Origin: Desulfocapsaceae bacterium | Lineage (GTDB): Bacteria > Desulfobacterota > Desulfobulbia > Desulfobulbales > Desulfocapsaceae | NCBI GenBank assembly: GCA_046704745.1 | Contig: JBJKRL010000063.1 | Location: 5,387-69,386 of the forward strand | DNA length: 64,000 nucleotides | Direction of reading: 5' to 3' | Shown: positions 9,824 to 19,076 of the stretch, one piece after another | Layout: each line of letters begins with the position of its first letter | Numbering within the stretch: the stretch's first letter is position 1 | Notes under the pieces: model-generated | The model's input: the letters and a program-made list of their open reading frames with translations, nothing else | The model's database searches: none | What the model was told of the DNA's origin: nothing | Made by a program: the position numbers and the translations under genes

Positions 9824-10510
9824 ATGGATATTACAAAGACAATTATCGATTTAATTACATATCTTCTCAATTTCGTCCTGCATCTCGATGTTCATTTGGT
9901 CGAAATTTTTCAACAATACGGGATGCTGACCTATGCCATTCTTTTCCTGATACTCTTTTGTGAAACCGGTCTGGTCGTCACCCCTTTCCTGCCTGGAGAT
10001 TCTCTTCTTTTTGCCGCCGGAGCACTGGCGGCCAGCAGTGCTCTTAAGATCAAGGTTTTGTTTATTGTTCTCTTCATCGCACCTTTATTGGGCGATCAGA
10101 CCAATTATTGGTTCGGCAGACTGCTCGGCAGCAAACTTCCGTTTACCGATGATGCCAGATTCCTGAAAAAACAATATCTTGATAAGACCCATGCCTATTA
10201 CGAGAAGTACGGAGGCAAGACCGTTATTATCGCCCGTTTTGTTCCCATAGTCAGGACATTTGCTCCCTTTGTCGCCGGGTTGGGAAGCATGAACTACCTA
10301 AAATTCATCGGGTTCAGCATTGTCGGTGCTTTTCTCTGGGTATCGTCCTTTCTTTTCGGAGGGTACTTTTTCGGCAATATTCCCTTTATTAAACACAATT
10401 TCACCTTGACGGTGATGATCATCATCGTCATATCGCTGCTCCCGGGATTGATAGAATATATTCGGCACAAGAGGGTTGGTGCTTACTCCGGCAAATCCGT
10501 CGGGGAGTGA
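9824..10510 (+). CDS. DedA-family inner membrane protein
   Basis: LFLILFCETGLVVTPFLPGDSLLFAAG is the DedA signature. The start is set at the ATG of MDITKT because the upstream part of the track ORF does not look DedA-like. Confidence 0.8.
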   Translation: MDITKTIIDLITYLLNFVLHLDVHLVEIFQQYGMLTYAILFLILFCETGLVVTPFLPGDSLLFAAGALAASSALKIKVLFIVLFIAPLLGDQTNYWFGRLLGSKLPFTDDARFLKKQYLDKTHAYYEKYGGKTVIIARFVPIVRTFAPFVAGLGSMNYLKFIGFSIVGAFLWVSSFLFGGYFFGNIPFIKHNFTLTVMIIIVISLLPGLIEYIRHKRVGAYSGKSVGE

Positions 10511-10528
10511 TATCTTGGGTTCGGGAAG

Positions 10529-11269
10529 TCAGGAGGCCTTGCCGGTTCCATTGAGGATTTCATATATACTTCTGCCATTGATCCGGGTTGAAAAGATGCT
10601 TTCAAGAAGCGGGGAAATCTTTTCCTTTTCGTCTTCGAGTAACAGAAAACCCGGCAGAGGTCGGGCCTTTCTCGTTTTGAGCCTGGCTTGAACGATGATA
10701 GAAGGATTGTCGATAAAAGAGGCGATTTTTTTATATTTCAGGATATCACAAAGGGAGAGGAGGATATCCAACATATTACCCCAATACTCATTTTGTCCCA
10801 GGTGTTCGATGAGTTGCATCATCGTCATAGCGGAGGCAGGATAATAATCCGGCACGATTGCGGATTCATCCGTCCTGCAGGGACTCTGTGAAAGAAAACA
10901 GCGGCAGGCGAATGGCCGCACGGGGTAGATGGAGCAGCAATCTTTGTCGAGGAAAGGGCAAGGTGTGACCGGCGGCGTATCGGATTCCTCAACTTCCTGT
11001 TGTTGTAGACAGGCGGCGGCATATTCGTTGACGGTTAAAGATGGAGGTGAAATTGCTGACAATGCCTGCAACCGCTTGGCGCACCAAAACTCCTGATCTT
11101 GTAATCCGATAAAATCGAGGATTCTTTCTCCTTCCATGGCCGTCATTGTAACATTTTGGGTGCAACAGACAGAACAGCCTTTGGTACAGGTACGAAAGAT
11201 CGAAGAAGCCCATATCTCAAACCGGTCGTAAATAGTCAAAAGGATCCTTTCTTTTAATGTAATCTCCAT
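10529..11269 (-). CDS. YkgJ-type cysteine-cluster (CxxCxxCC) protein
   Basis: 246 aa with CTKGCSVCCTQNV near the N-terminus and further Cys residues (CPFLDKDCCSIYPVRPFACRCF), as in the UPF0153/YkgJ zinc/iron-chelating family. Confidence 0.55.
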   Translation of the reverse strand: MEITLKERILLTIYDRFEIWASSIFRTCTKGCSVCCTQNVTMTAMEGERILDFIGLQDQEFWCAKRLQALSAISPPSLTVNEYAAACLQQQEVEESDTPPVTPCPFLDKDCCSIYPVRPFACRCFLSQSPCRTDESAIVPDYYPASAMTMMQLIEHLGQNEYWGNMLDILLSLCDILKYKKIASFIDNPSIIVQARLKTRKARPLPGFLLLEDEKEKISPLLESIFSTRINGRSIYEILNGTGKAS

Positions 11270-11463
11270 TACTTCTTTGCCTCTTTGGAGGTTGAACCAT
11301 TAGCATCTTTTTCTAAGAGAAGAAATCCCATTCCTCCGCATACAGGACAATCGTCCCAGGACAGAACGAATCTGCTGACACCTCTGAACTCACAGATTTG
11401 ACCGGAACCTTCACAGACCTCACAGATATTTTTTACCTGTTGGTTTTCTTCATTTTCGGCCAC
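11269..11463 (-). CDS. Small zinc-ribbon protein with two CxxCxG-type knuckles
   Basis: Contains CEVCEGSG and CPVCGGMG, which resemble DnaJ-type zinc-finger repeats. The GTG at 11463 is preceded by GGGGGA six nt upstream and is preferred to the TTG at 11487. Its stop abuts the next gene's start. Confidence 0.45.
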   Translation of the reverse strand: MAENEENQQVKNICEVCEGSGQICEFRGVSRFVLSWDDCPVCGGMGFLLLEKDANGSTSKEAKK

Positions 11464-11502
11464 TGTAAATCCCCCTACTGATTTCAAGTTTGTTTGGTGC
11501 CG

Positions 11503-13143
11503 TCATTGCAAGTCGGCAGCCATTTTGCCGATCATTGCTGCGCCGATGGCATTTCCCACCTCATAATGTTCCGGAAACGTTACAGTAGTAGATAACCTGG
11601 CTGCAACACTGGGCAGGAAAAACCGTGCAGCGGCGCCGATGCCGATAAGCGGTACCTTGAGTGAAAAGTCAACCTGCAGGACGGGATGATTGTTACGGGT
11701 TGAGAGAAAATTGGTAAGGGTGTTGCCCCAGTAACGGTTGAAAATATATTCAAGTACGAGATTTTCAATCTTTTCCTCGGTTTTCGAGATGACCATCCGA
11801 CAGAATTCTTCCGGACTCTTGTCGATAAGAGCGGCGAGGATGTTTGCTCCCTCCACGGACTTCCCCTTGTCTCCCAGATTGATCTCTCCTAAGACATGCA
11901 GGGCATCAGTGGGAGTGAAACCGGTTTCTAAGATCACCTGTTTTCTGGAAAGCTGTTCGAGTTGGGTATCAAGCGGAAGGCCGCTGAGCCCTGTTGCCTG
12001 CCGTAGCTGTTCCAGAGTGGCTGGGCCTGCTGTAAGGATTGATTGCAGATTCGGTGATAAGTCTTCGATTTTTTTTTGGCCTGAGATCAACCTGATGCAA
12101 CGGGCGTTGGTCGAATGACCAATCCATTGTGAAGGACTTGGAAAACCTGCCGCCATGGCCAGAGGTACGACCCTGGCAGGTCCGATTGTCAGGTTTTTAT
12201 TGTGATTGATGTTGACCAGACTGTCGCCGCCAATACCGCCTGTATGCATGTCGACAGCCTCGATATGCGTCTTCCAGTCCCCGATTGTGCAACCGTCCTG
12301 GGAGATCAGAGGCCTTGCATTCTCAATCATGGCGATGTCGGTGGTTGTCCCCCCGACATCGATGATCAAACTGTCGGTATCTGCGTGCAATGAGCCGAAG
12401 GATGCGGTGCAGGCCGGGCCGCTGGCCACAGTGACACCCGCCTGCTCGACAGCATCTGTGGAAGGGACAACGTTGGCGTTGCCGCCGATTATGGCCATGG
12501 GGCAGCGCAGACCCTGGTCGGCCATGGCCTCTTTGACGCCGGTCACGAAGTCCTGCATAATGGGCATGAGTTTGGCGTGGAGTGCAGCCGTTGAAGCCCG
12601 TTCCTGCATACCCGCCAGGCTGCTGATCCGGTGGGAGCAGAAAACCGGTTTGGGATCGATCAGCGAAATCGCCTTTTCCGCAACCAGTTCATGGGTGGGG
12701 TTTTCAATGGACATGGTGGAACAGACACCATATGCATCAACCTCATTTTTTAGTCCGTTGACAATATCCACCAGATATTCCAGATCAAGGGGCTCTTCTT
12801 CCTCACCTTTGATTGTATGACCTCCCTTAATGTAAACAACCGCCTTCACGGGTAATTTGAAATGCTTGACATACCCGATGACCAGCAGTGCCACCCGCGC
12901 ACCCTTATTTTCAACCACACTGTTGGTGGCAAGCGTCGATGAAACCGCCACCGAAACAACCTGTTCAGGCTTGACCGCCGTTTTTTCCAGCAGCGACTTC
13001 AGCGCATTTCCAATACCGAAGGACAGGCGATAATGGGTAGTCGGTTCCTTGGCTGTTTCAAGGACCTGTCCGGTTCCTCCATTAATTAAAACAGCATCGG
13101 TGTAGGTGCCGCCGGTGTCAATCCCGATATAATAGTTCTCCAT
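11503..13143 (-). CDS. Hydantoinase/oxoprolinase-family (ASKHA fold) protein
   Basis: 546 aa. The N-terminus YYIGIDTGGTYTDAVL and the later IIDVGGTTTDIA are the paired phosphate-binding motifs of Hydantoinase_A-like proteins. Confidence 0.7.
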   Translation of the reverse strand: MENYYIGIDTGGTYTDAVLINGGTGQVLETAKEPTTHYRLSFGIGNALKSLLEKTAVKPEQVVSVAVSSTLATNSVVENKGARVALLVIGYVKHFKLPVKAVVYIKGGHTIKGEEEEPLDLEYLVDIVNGLKNEVDAYGVCSTMSIENPTHELVAEKAISLIDPKPVFCSHRISSLAGMQERASTAALHAKLMPIMQDFVTGVKEAMADQGLRCPMAIIGGNANVVPSTDAVEQAGVTVASGPACTASFGSLHADTDSLIIDVGGTTTDIAMIENARPLISQDGCTIGDWKTHIEAVDMHTGGIGGDSLVNINHNKNLTIGPARVVPLAMAAGFPSPSQWIGHSTNARCIRLISGQKKIEDLSPNLQSILTAGPATLEQLRQATGLSGLPLDTQLEQLSRKQVILETGFTPTDALHVLGEINLGDKGKSVEGANILAALIDKSPEEFCRMVISKTEEKIENLVLEYIFNRYWGNTLTNFLSTRNNHPVLQVDFSLKVPLIGIGAAARFFLPSVAARLSTTVTFPEHYEVGNAIGAAMIGKMAADLQ

Positions 13144-13374
13144 TCTCTTGGTCGTATTTTTTGCTCTGGTTTGATTTTTCTGAAATTACTTATAGTAGCC
13201 ATTTCGTGTGGCAAATCCGAAATCGAAGAATACCTCTGTTATATGAGTACGCAGCACTACCGGGTTTGTTCGGATCAAGCTCTTGTAGAGCAGAGATCAA
13301 TTGTAAGAACCATTGTTTCTTGTGTCAATTCTTTCCCTGGTGTATCCTGCGGGTTAAATTATAACTGTTTCTCT

Positions 13375-13549
13375 TACTTAGTTTCCATCCGAAAACGGCG
13401 CTTTTCTCCTAACTCGTCGTTGCGATGTCAAATTTAATCCTCGGAATATTAGGTATATGCCTCCGGTTACATCTGCCATCGCGTCTAGATTTAGAAGAGG
13501 TAAGCGAAGACTCCGAAATCCCTCGATTCAGGATGGAAACTACTTAGTA
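13375..13549 (+). repeat. Diverged, shorter relative (175 bp) of the 216-bp inverted-repeat element family
   Basis: Blocks shared with the 33365 copy: TCAAATTTAATCCTCGGA vs TCAAAATTTTATCCTCGGA; TATATGCCTCCGGTTACA vs TATATACCTCCGGTAAAA; GGTAAGCGAAGACTCCGAAATCC vs GGTAAGCATAGACTCCGAGAATCC. It has its own termini, GTTTCCATCC / GGATGGAAAC, flanked by TACTTA on both sides. Confidence 0.6.
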
Positions 13550-13553
13550 TGCT

Positions 13554-14366
13554 ATGAGCTTTTTGAATTTTGAAAATAAACGGTTTGTCGTTTTTGGAAT
13601 GGCCAACAAAAAATCAGTAGCCTGCGTTATTGCCAGGACGCTGATTGAGGAAGGGGCACAGGTTATCCATGTCGTGCGATCTGCAGAGCGGGAAAAAACC
13701 GTGCGAAAGATTTTTCCCGATTCCCCGGTATTTCTCTGTGATGTGGAAGAGGAGGTGAATATTATTGGGGTCCGGGATCAGATTGCAGATGTGATCAGGG
13801 TGGAGCAAGGGGAACGTCTTGATGGCATCGTTCACTCCATTGCTTATGCCAACTATTCCGGTGGCTTTAAACCGTTTCATGAGACCGGCAGGGCTGATTT
13901 CCTCCAGGCTGTCAATATATCCTGTTTTTCGCTTATCTCTATTGCCAACCACTTCAAGGACCTGATCGCCCACGACGGTTCCGTGGTAACGATCTCGATC
14001 TCGACAACCAGAATGGCAGCCGAAAATTACGGGTATATGGCGCCGGTCAAGGCGGCACTGGACTCTTCTCTTTGTTTTCTTGCCAAGAGCTTTTCCGTCT
14101 TTTCCTCCATCCGTTTCAATGCGGTGGCACCCGGACTTCTGAAGACATCGGCCTCAGCAGGGATTCCCGGATATGTGGACAGCTATCTTTTTGCCGAAAA
14201 GGCAACGCTCAGGAAAAAGGCCCTGAAGACCCAGGAAATCGCAGATGCCGCAGCCTTTCTTCTTTCACAGCGTTCGTCAGGGATAACAGCGCAGACCCTT
14301 GTTGTCGATGCGGGGATGGCCATTAATTATTTCGACAAAGACATCGTCAAGAATACGGTGGCATAA
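13554..14366 (+). CDS. fabI: Enoyl-[acyl-carrier-protein] reductase, FabI type (SDR)
   Basis: 270 aa. The N-terminus [22 protein letters not shown] resembles the FabI glycine-rich region. [11 protein letters not shown] provides the Y-x6-K catalytic pair. Confidence 0.7.
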   Translation: MSFLNFENKRFVVFGMANKKSVACVIARTLIEEGAQVIHVVRSAEREKTVRKIFPDSPVFLCDVEEEVNIIGVRDQIADVIRVEQGERLDGIVHSIAYANYSGGFKPFHETGRADFLQAVNISCFSLISIANHFKDLIAHDGSVVTISISTTRMAAENYGYMAPVKAALDSSLCFLAKSFSVFSSIRFNAVAPGLLKTSASAGIPGYVDSYLFAEKATLRKKALKTQEIADAAAFLLSQRSSGITAQTLVVDAGMAINYFDKDIVKNTVA

Positions 14367-14407
14367 AAAAAGCCGCATCCTCTTTCGGGGATGCGGCTTT
14401 CCTGTTT
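14365..14407. terminator. Bidirectional rho-independent terminator between convergent fabI and oadB
   Basis: An A-run is followed by a 9-bp GC-rich stem, GCCGCATCC (14372-14380) / GGATGCGGC (14389-14397), with an 8-nt loop, and then TTTCCTGTTTT. Confidence 0.75.
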
Positions 14408-14438
14408 TAGGAGGACGGCTAAAACAGGGGTGGGTGAA

Positions 14439-15968
14439 CTAGAGGAGCGCCAGGAGTACACCGGCGGCAACCGCCGAACCGATTACACCTGCCACATTGG
14501 GCCCCATTGCGTGCATGATCAGGTGATTTTGCGGATTGGCCTCTAAGCCGACTTTGTTGACAACCCTGGCCGACATGGGAACCGCAGAGACACCTGCGGC
14601 ACCGATGAGGGGGTTGATTGGTTTACTCATGATTTTGTTAAACAGTTTTGCCAGAAGGAGTCCACCGGCCGTACCGATACCGAAGGCGATCATTCCCAGG
14701 ACAAGGATACCGAGAGTCTCGATATTGAGGAATTTGTCTGCCGACAATTTACTGCCGACGGCAAGACCCAGAAAAATGATAACGGAATACATGAGCGAGT
14801 TTTTCATAGTGTCGGAAAGCCGTTCCACCACCCCACATTCTTTGGCAAGGTTGCCAAGCATGAACATACCGATCAGCGGTGCGGCCGAGGGCAGCAAAAG
14901 TGCACAAATTCCCAGAACCATAATGGGAAGGATAATCTTTTCAATTTTTGACACGTGCCGAAGCTGAACCATTTTTATCTTTCGTTCCTCCTCAGTGGTC
15001 AGCCATTTCATAATGGGCGGCTGGATGATCGGCACAAGGGCCATATACGAATAGGCGGCTATGGCAATGGAGCCGAGCAGTCGTGGTGAAAGGCGGCTGG
15101 AGAGAAAAATTGCCGTCGGGCCGTCTGCTCCGCCGATGATGCCGATGGAGGCCGCATCCCTTAAAGAGAAATGAATTCCGGGAACATGCTGCGAGAGAAA
15201 CAAGGCACCCAATAAGGTGGCAAAGATGCCGAGTTGGGCGGCTGCTCCGAGGAGAATGGTTATGGGGTTGGCGATCATCGGGCCGAAATCGGTCAGGGCG
15301 CCGACTCCCATGAAGATCAGGAGCGGAAAGACGCCGGTGTTGATTCCGACCGCATAAATATAACTGAGAATTCCACCAGGTTCTGCAATACCGGCCAACG
15401 GAATGTTTGAGAGAATGGCGCCGTACCCAATGGGAATCAACAACAGAGGCTCAAACCCTTTGTAGATGCCTAAATAGAGAACCACGAGACCGACCATGAT
15501 CATCAGAAGGCGGCCGAAACCTATGGTCCAATCTTTGGTGAACTGGTTTATGAATATGCTGTAGATGCCGGTGGTCTTGAAGAGATTCGTAAAAAGTTTG
15601 CCGATTGCCGGCAGTGTCTGTCCGCTCCCGGTTGCCGGTTGATCGGCAACGATGGCGGAGGATTGCAAGAGACCGAGGACAGCCCCTTTTTTTACCTTGG
15701 TAAAGGACTCTGCATTGACCGAGAGTATCTTGCCGGAGGCACCGGCACGGAGGAGTATGACCGACCCTTCGTCTGTTTTCAGAGTAGCTAACTGATCGCC
15801 GCTGAAAACATAATTTCCCGGTTCGACGTAGACATGAAGAATCTTGGCATCGGCAGGCGATATGATTTTGATTTGGGTATTCTCCGGCGTTGTGTCTTGT
15901 GCATATCCTGAAACAAGAGTGAAGCTGAAAAAACTCAAGACCATCAAAAGGAGAATTTTTATTTTCAT
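14439..15968 (-). CDS. oadB: Na+-translocating decarboxylase beta subunit (OadB/GcdB/MmdB family) with an extra N-terminal domain
   Basis: 509 aa, polytopic and glycine-rich membrane core, with a C-terminus typical of OadB-like proteins. It is adjacent to the alpha and gamma subunits. About 125 extra N-terminal residues are present (see findings). Confidence 0.8.
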   Translation of the reverse strand: MKIKILLLMVLSFFSFTLVSGYAQDTTPENTQIKIISPADAKILHVYVEPGNYVFSGDQLATLKTDEGSVILLRAGASGKILSVNAESFTKVKKGAVLGLLQSSAIVADQPATGSGQTLPAIGKLFTNLFKTTGIYSIFINQFTKDWTIGFGRLLMIMVGLVVLYLGIYKGFEPLLLIPIGYGAILSNIPLAGIAEPGGILSYIYAVGINTGVFPLLIFMGVGALTDFGPMIANPITILLGAAAQLGIFATLLGALFLSQHVPGIHFSLRDAASIGIIGGADGPTAIFLSSRLSPRLLGSIAIAAYSYMALVPIIQPPIMKWLTTEEERKIKMVQLRHVSKIEKIILPIMVLGICALLLPSAAPLIGMFMLGNLAKECGVVERLSDTMKNSLMYSVIIFLGLAVGSKLSADKFLNIETLGILVLGMIAFGIGTAGGLLLAKLFNKIMSKPINPLIGAAGVSAVPMSARVVNKVGLEANPQNHLIMHAMGPNVAGVIGSAVAAGVLLALL

Positions 15969-15996
15969 AGGTGTGCTCCTGGTTGAAAAATCCGGG

Positions 15997-17793
15997 TCAG
16001 CCGATGGTAACCAGAGAATCGGATGCCTGTACCGTATCTCCGGAGGAGACGTGAATGGCAGTAACCCTGCCGGCGACTGGAGATTTGACTTCGGATTCCA
16101 TTTTCATGGCCTCCATGAGCACTAAAGGATGATCTTTTCCCACCTCATCGCCGATCTCCACCAGCACTTTGACGATATTTCCAGGTGTCGGAGCCTCCAC
16201 TTCAGTGCCGTCTTCTGTTTCCGACTGCGCCTGATCGGGTGCGGTCTGTCCTGCAGGGACGGCCTGGAAACCGGCATTCCCTTCAGCCACGACGACGTTA
16301 TAAGGCCTGTTGTTTACCATGATAGTGTAACTCCTGGGCCCAGTTGGCGCAGCGGCAGCCTTCGCCGGTGCCTTTTTCTTTTCCTCTACCGGTTTTTCCT
16401 CGGAGATCTTCCGAACGTTGACTTTGGCTTTGCCCAGGAGAAAATCAAGGCCTTTCTGTTCGCAGCTGGCAATGATGAAGATATTTTCGTCGTTGACCGG
16501 TAGGTTGTTGTCCTCAAGGATCTTGGTTGCCTTGGGAATCCCGGGTTCGAGGATATCAAGCGGATTGCCTGTGAATATCGGCTTGTCCAGTTGTTCGGAG
16601 GCGAGTTTGACGATTTCCGGGTCCGGCGGTGCCGGTGTTTTGCCGAAATAGCCAAGGACCATGTTGCCGTAATTCGGGTTGATCTTTTTCCATTTTCCTT
16701 GGGTGACGTTGAGATAGGCCTGTTGAAAATAGAACTGGGAGACCGGGGTTACCGATGTGCCGAACCCGCCTCTGGCTACAACCTCTGACATCTCCTTGAT
16801 GACATCGGCATAAAGGTGCAGAGTGCCGGTATCGCGCATCATCATGGTGTTGGCTGTTAATGCGCCGCCGGGCATAGGTGACAGGGTGACCGTCGGAGAG
16901 ACCATTTTTGCTTCCGGCGGAATGAAATAGTCCTTCATTGCCTTTTCAAAGGCATCGGACGCGGCAAGCACCTTTTCGTAATCCAGATCGAGCGTGTACT
17001 CCGTGCCTTTCAGTGCATGCATCATTGAGAGGATATCCGCCTGACAGGTACCACCGCTGACCGGGCTTTTGGCCAGGTCGAGACCTGTGGCCCCGCCTTC
17101 CACGGCAGCAAGATTTTGGGTAATGGCCATGCCTGCGGTATCATGGGTATGGAACCAGAGAATGGTGTCTTCCGGAACGATCTTTCGTGCTGCTTTAAAC
17201 GTATCGTAGACCTTTCGGGGATTGGCTGTTCCGGAAGCATCCTTGAAACAGATCGAATGGAAAGGGATATTGGCGGCCAGAATCTGCTTTAAGCGATCGA
17301 TATAAAATTCGGCTGTATGGGCTCCGGTGCATCCCGGCGGCAGGTCCATCATGGAAACGGCCACTTGATGATTAAGTCCATGGTGGGCAATCCGTTCTCC
17401 GGAATATTCCAGGTTTCGCACATCGTTTAGCGCATCAAAATTTCTGATGGTGGTCATGCCGTGTTTTTTAAACATCTTGGCATGGAGATCAATAATATCT
17501 CTCGGGCTTTGATTCAAAGCCACAACATTGATTCCCCGGGCCAGAGTCTGTAAATCGACATCCGGTCCCACCTCGGAGCGAAAGCGATCCATCATGTCAA
17601 AGGCCGATTCTCCGCAATAGAAGAATAGGCTTTGAAATCTGGCGCCGCCGCCCGCTTCAATATGGGTGATTCCTGCATCGACGGTTGCTTTTAGCGCCGG
17701 CATGAAATCATCGGATAAAACTCTGGCGCCGAATACCGATTGAAATCCGTCCCGGAAAGACGTGTCCATGAACTTGATTACTTTTTTCCCCAC
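15997..17793 (-). CDS. oadA: Oxaloacetate decarboxylase alpha subunit / pyruvate carboxylase subunit B-type carboxyltransferase with a C-terminal biotinyl domain
   Basis: [13 protein letters not shown] marks the carboxyltransferase N-terminus. The C-terminal [13 protein letters not shown] is the biotinylation motif. The GTG at 17793 has AGGAGA six nt upstream and is preferred over the TTG at 17823. Confidence 0.85.
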   Translation of the reverse strand: MGKKVIKFMDTSFRDGFQSVFGARVLSDDFMPALKATVDAGITHIEAGGGARFQSLFFYCGESAFDMMDRFRSEVGPDVDLQTLARGINVVALNQSPRDIIDLHAKMFKKHGMTTIRNFDALNDVRNLEYSGERIAHHGLNHQVAVSMMDLPPGCTGAHTAEFYIDRLKQILAANIPFHSICFKDASGTANPRKVYDTFKAARKIVPEDTILWFHTHDTAGMAITQNLAAVEGGATGLDLAKSPVSGGTCQADILSMMHALKGTEYTLDLDYEKVLAASDAFEKAMKDYFIPPEAKMVSPTVTLSPMPGGALTANTMMMRDTGTLHLYADVIKEMSEVVARGGFGTSVTPVSQFYFQQAYLNVTQGKWKKINPNYGNMVLGYFGKTPAPPDPEIVKLASEQLDKPIFTGNPLDILEPGIPKATKILEDNNLPVNDENIFIIASCEQKGLDFLLGKAKVNVRKISEEKPVEEKKKAPAKAAAAPTGPRSYTIMVNNRPYNVVVAEGNAGFQAVPAGQTAPDQAQSETEDGTEVEAPTPGNIVKVLVEIGDEVGKDHPLVLMEAMKMESEVKSPVAGRVTAIHVSSGDTVQASDSLVTIG

Positions 17794-17877
17794 AATTCTT
17801 CTCCTCAAGTTAAATTTTCCCAATTGCTAGGTATGAATGGGAACGTAGCAGGTGCGTAATTTGACAATAAGGATTTT

Positions 17878-18171
17878 TCAGCAGCTTCTAAGCTTATCTG
17901 CTTCAAATGCGGCAATAGCCGCAGCGATTACCGGGACATCATTTTCATAATCGTTTGTGGAAGAAAAATCTGCTGAAGGCCGGTTGTCGGCTTTTTTCGC
18001 CTTTCTGGCCATGGCAGCCTTCTTTCGTTCCAAGACAAGACTCTCCAACTCCCGGGCGGTCTGTTTTTGTGTTAATTTTGCAACCAGTTGAATGCACAGG
18101 ACGGTGAGCCAGAGAAAGCAAAAGACCGTACCCATACCTACCAGCATAAGTTTTACGCCTTCTATCATCAT
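17878..18171 (-). CDS. oadG: OadG-like gamma subunit (small membrane anchor)
   Basis: 97 aa with a single N-terminal TM helix (LMLVGMGTVFCFLWLTVLCI) and a charged tail. It sits at the head of the decarboxylase operon. Confidence 0.6.
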   Translation of the reverse strand: MMIEGVKLMLVGMGTVFCFLWLTVLCIQLVAKLTQKQTARELESLVLERKKAAMARKAKKADNRPSADFSSTNDYENDVPVIAAAIAAFEADKLRSC

Positions 18172-18365
18172 ATTGCCTCACAATTTTTAGGTGTTTTTAT
18201 GGTCGGATCTAAATAATAACCGCATACTCGAAACTAGTTAAAACGGTATATTGCCTTACCCATACAGATGAATTTTAAAGTTTGTGACGACATGGCATGG
18301 AGTACCGGGTTGGTGCTGAGATCCTTTTGTGAAAATGTAGTCGGAACACAAAGAATATGTGCCTA

Positions 18366-18650
18366 CTATTCTTCGTAAACGGCATATTCGGTTTCTTTTC
18401 CGAGCAATTTGTCTATCTCTTGTTGGATTGTTTTCCGTTTAGGATTGGTAATCCAGACATTCCAATCTTCAACAGAACGCCAGGAGCTGATCACTAAGCA
18501 TTCGTCGCTCTTATCAATTCTTTTAAGTGTTTCCCCTGTAATATATCCTGGCTGGTTCAAGGTCAGACTGCGCAGTTTTTTTAATAAGACCGTCAGCTCT
18601 AGGATATTGTTGCCGGTTACGTTTCTTTTGATAAGTATCTTTATCGCCAT
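18366..18650 (-). CDS. Antibiotic-biosynthesis-monooxygenase (ABM) domain protein
   Basis: 94 aa with a ferredoxin-like pattern (PGYITGETL, LVISSWRSVEDWNVW) typical of ABM/Dabb small proteins. Confidence 0.55.
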   Translation of the reverse strand: MAIKILIKRNVTGNNILELTVLLKKLRSLTLNQPGYITGETLKRIDKSDECLVISSWRSVEDWNVWITNPKRKTIQQEIDKLLGKETEYAVYEE

Positions 18651-19076
18651 AACCCTTTCTCCCCTCTTGCATGCTTATTGCATTTACACAATTTCATAGC
18701 TAAACTTGAACAACAACTTTTCCAAAATAGAGACAAATGGCTTCGATATGATCCGTATAATCAGTTTTTTTTATATTGGAGTTGTGGGATCAAGTCAATA
18801 AATAAGAAAATGATATTGATGACTAATAGTGAATATTCACTCAAATAATAGTTATCAATTAAGACCTTCGAGAAGGTTAGCCCAAGGACTTTTAGGGAAA
18901 AATTGTATAATCTAATATTATTACAATAAATTATATCATTTCGCCCTCTGGGGTGTTTATTGTTTGGTGGAAAAGAATATAAAAGATATCCAGGAGAGCA
19001 ATATCAATTTTTATTATATATAAAATTGTTCTTCTTGATTATCCAGTCGTGATCGTGTGCGATCCAAGGGAATTAG

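Noticed and set aside
18801-18880. Fur boxes in the AT-rich region upstream of the YhdP-like gene.
   Set aside because: The best segment matches only about 12 of 19 positions of the GATAATGATAATCATTATC consensus. In such AT-rich DNA this is expected by chance. It is kept only as a remark within the finding.
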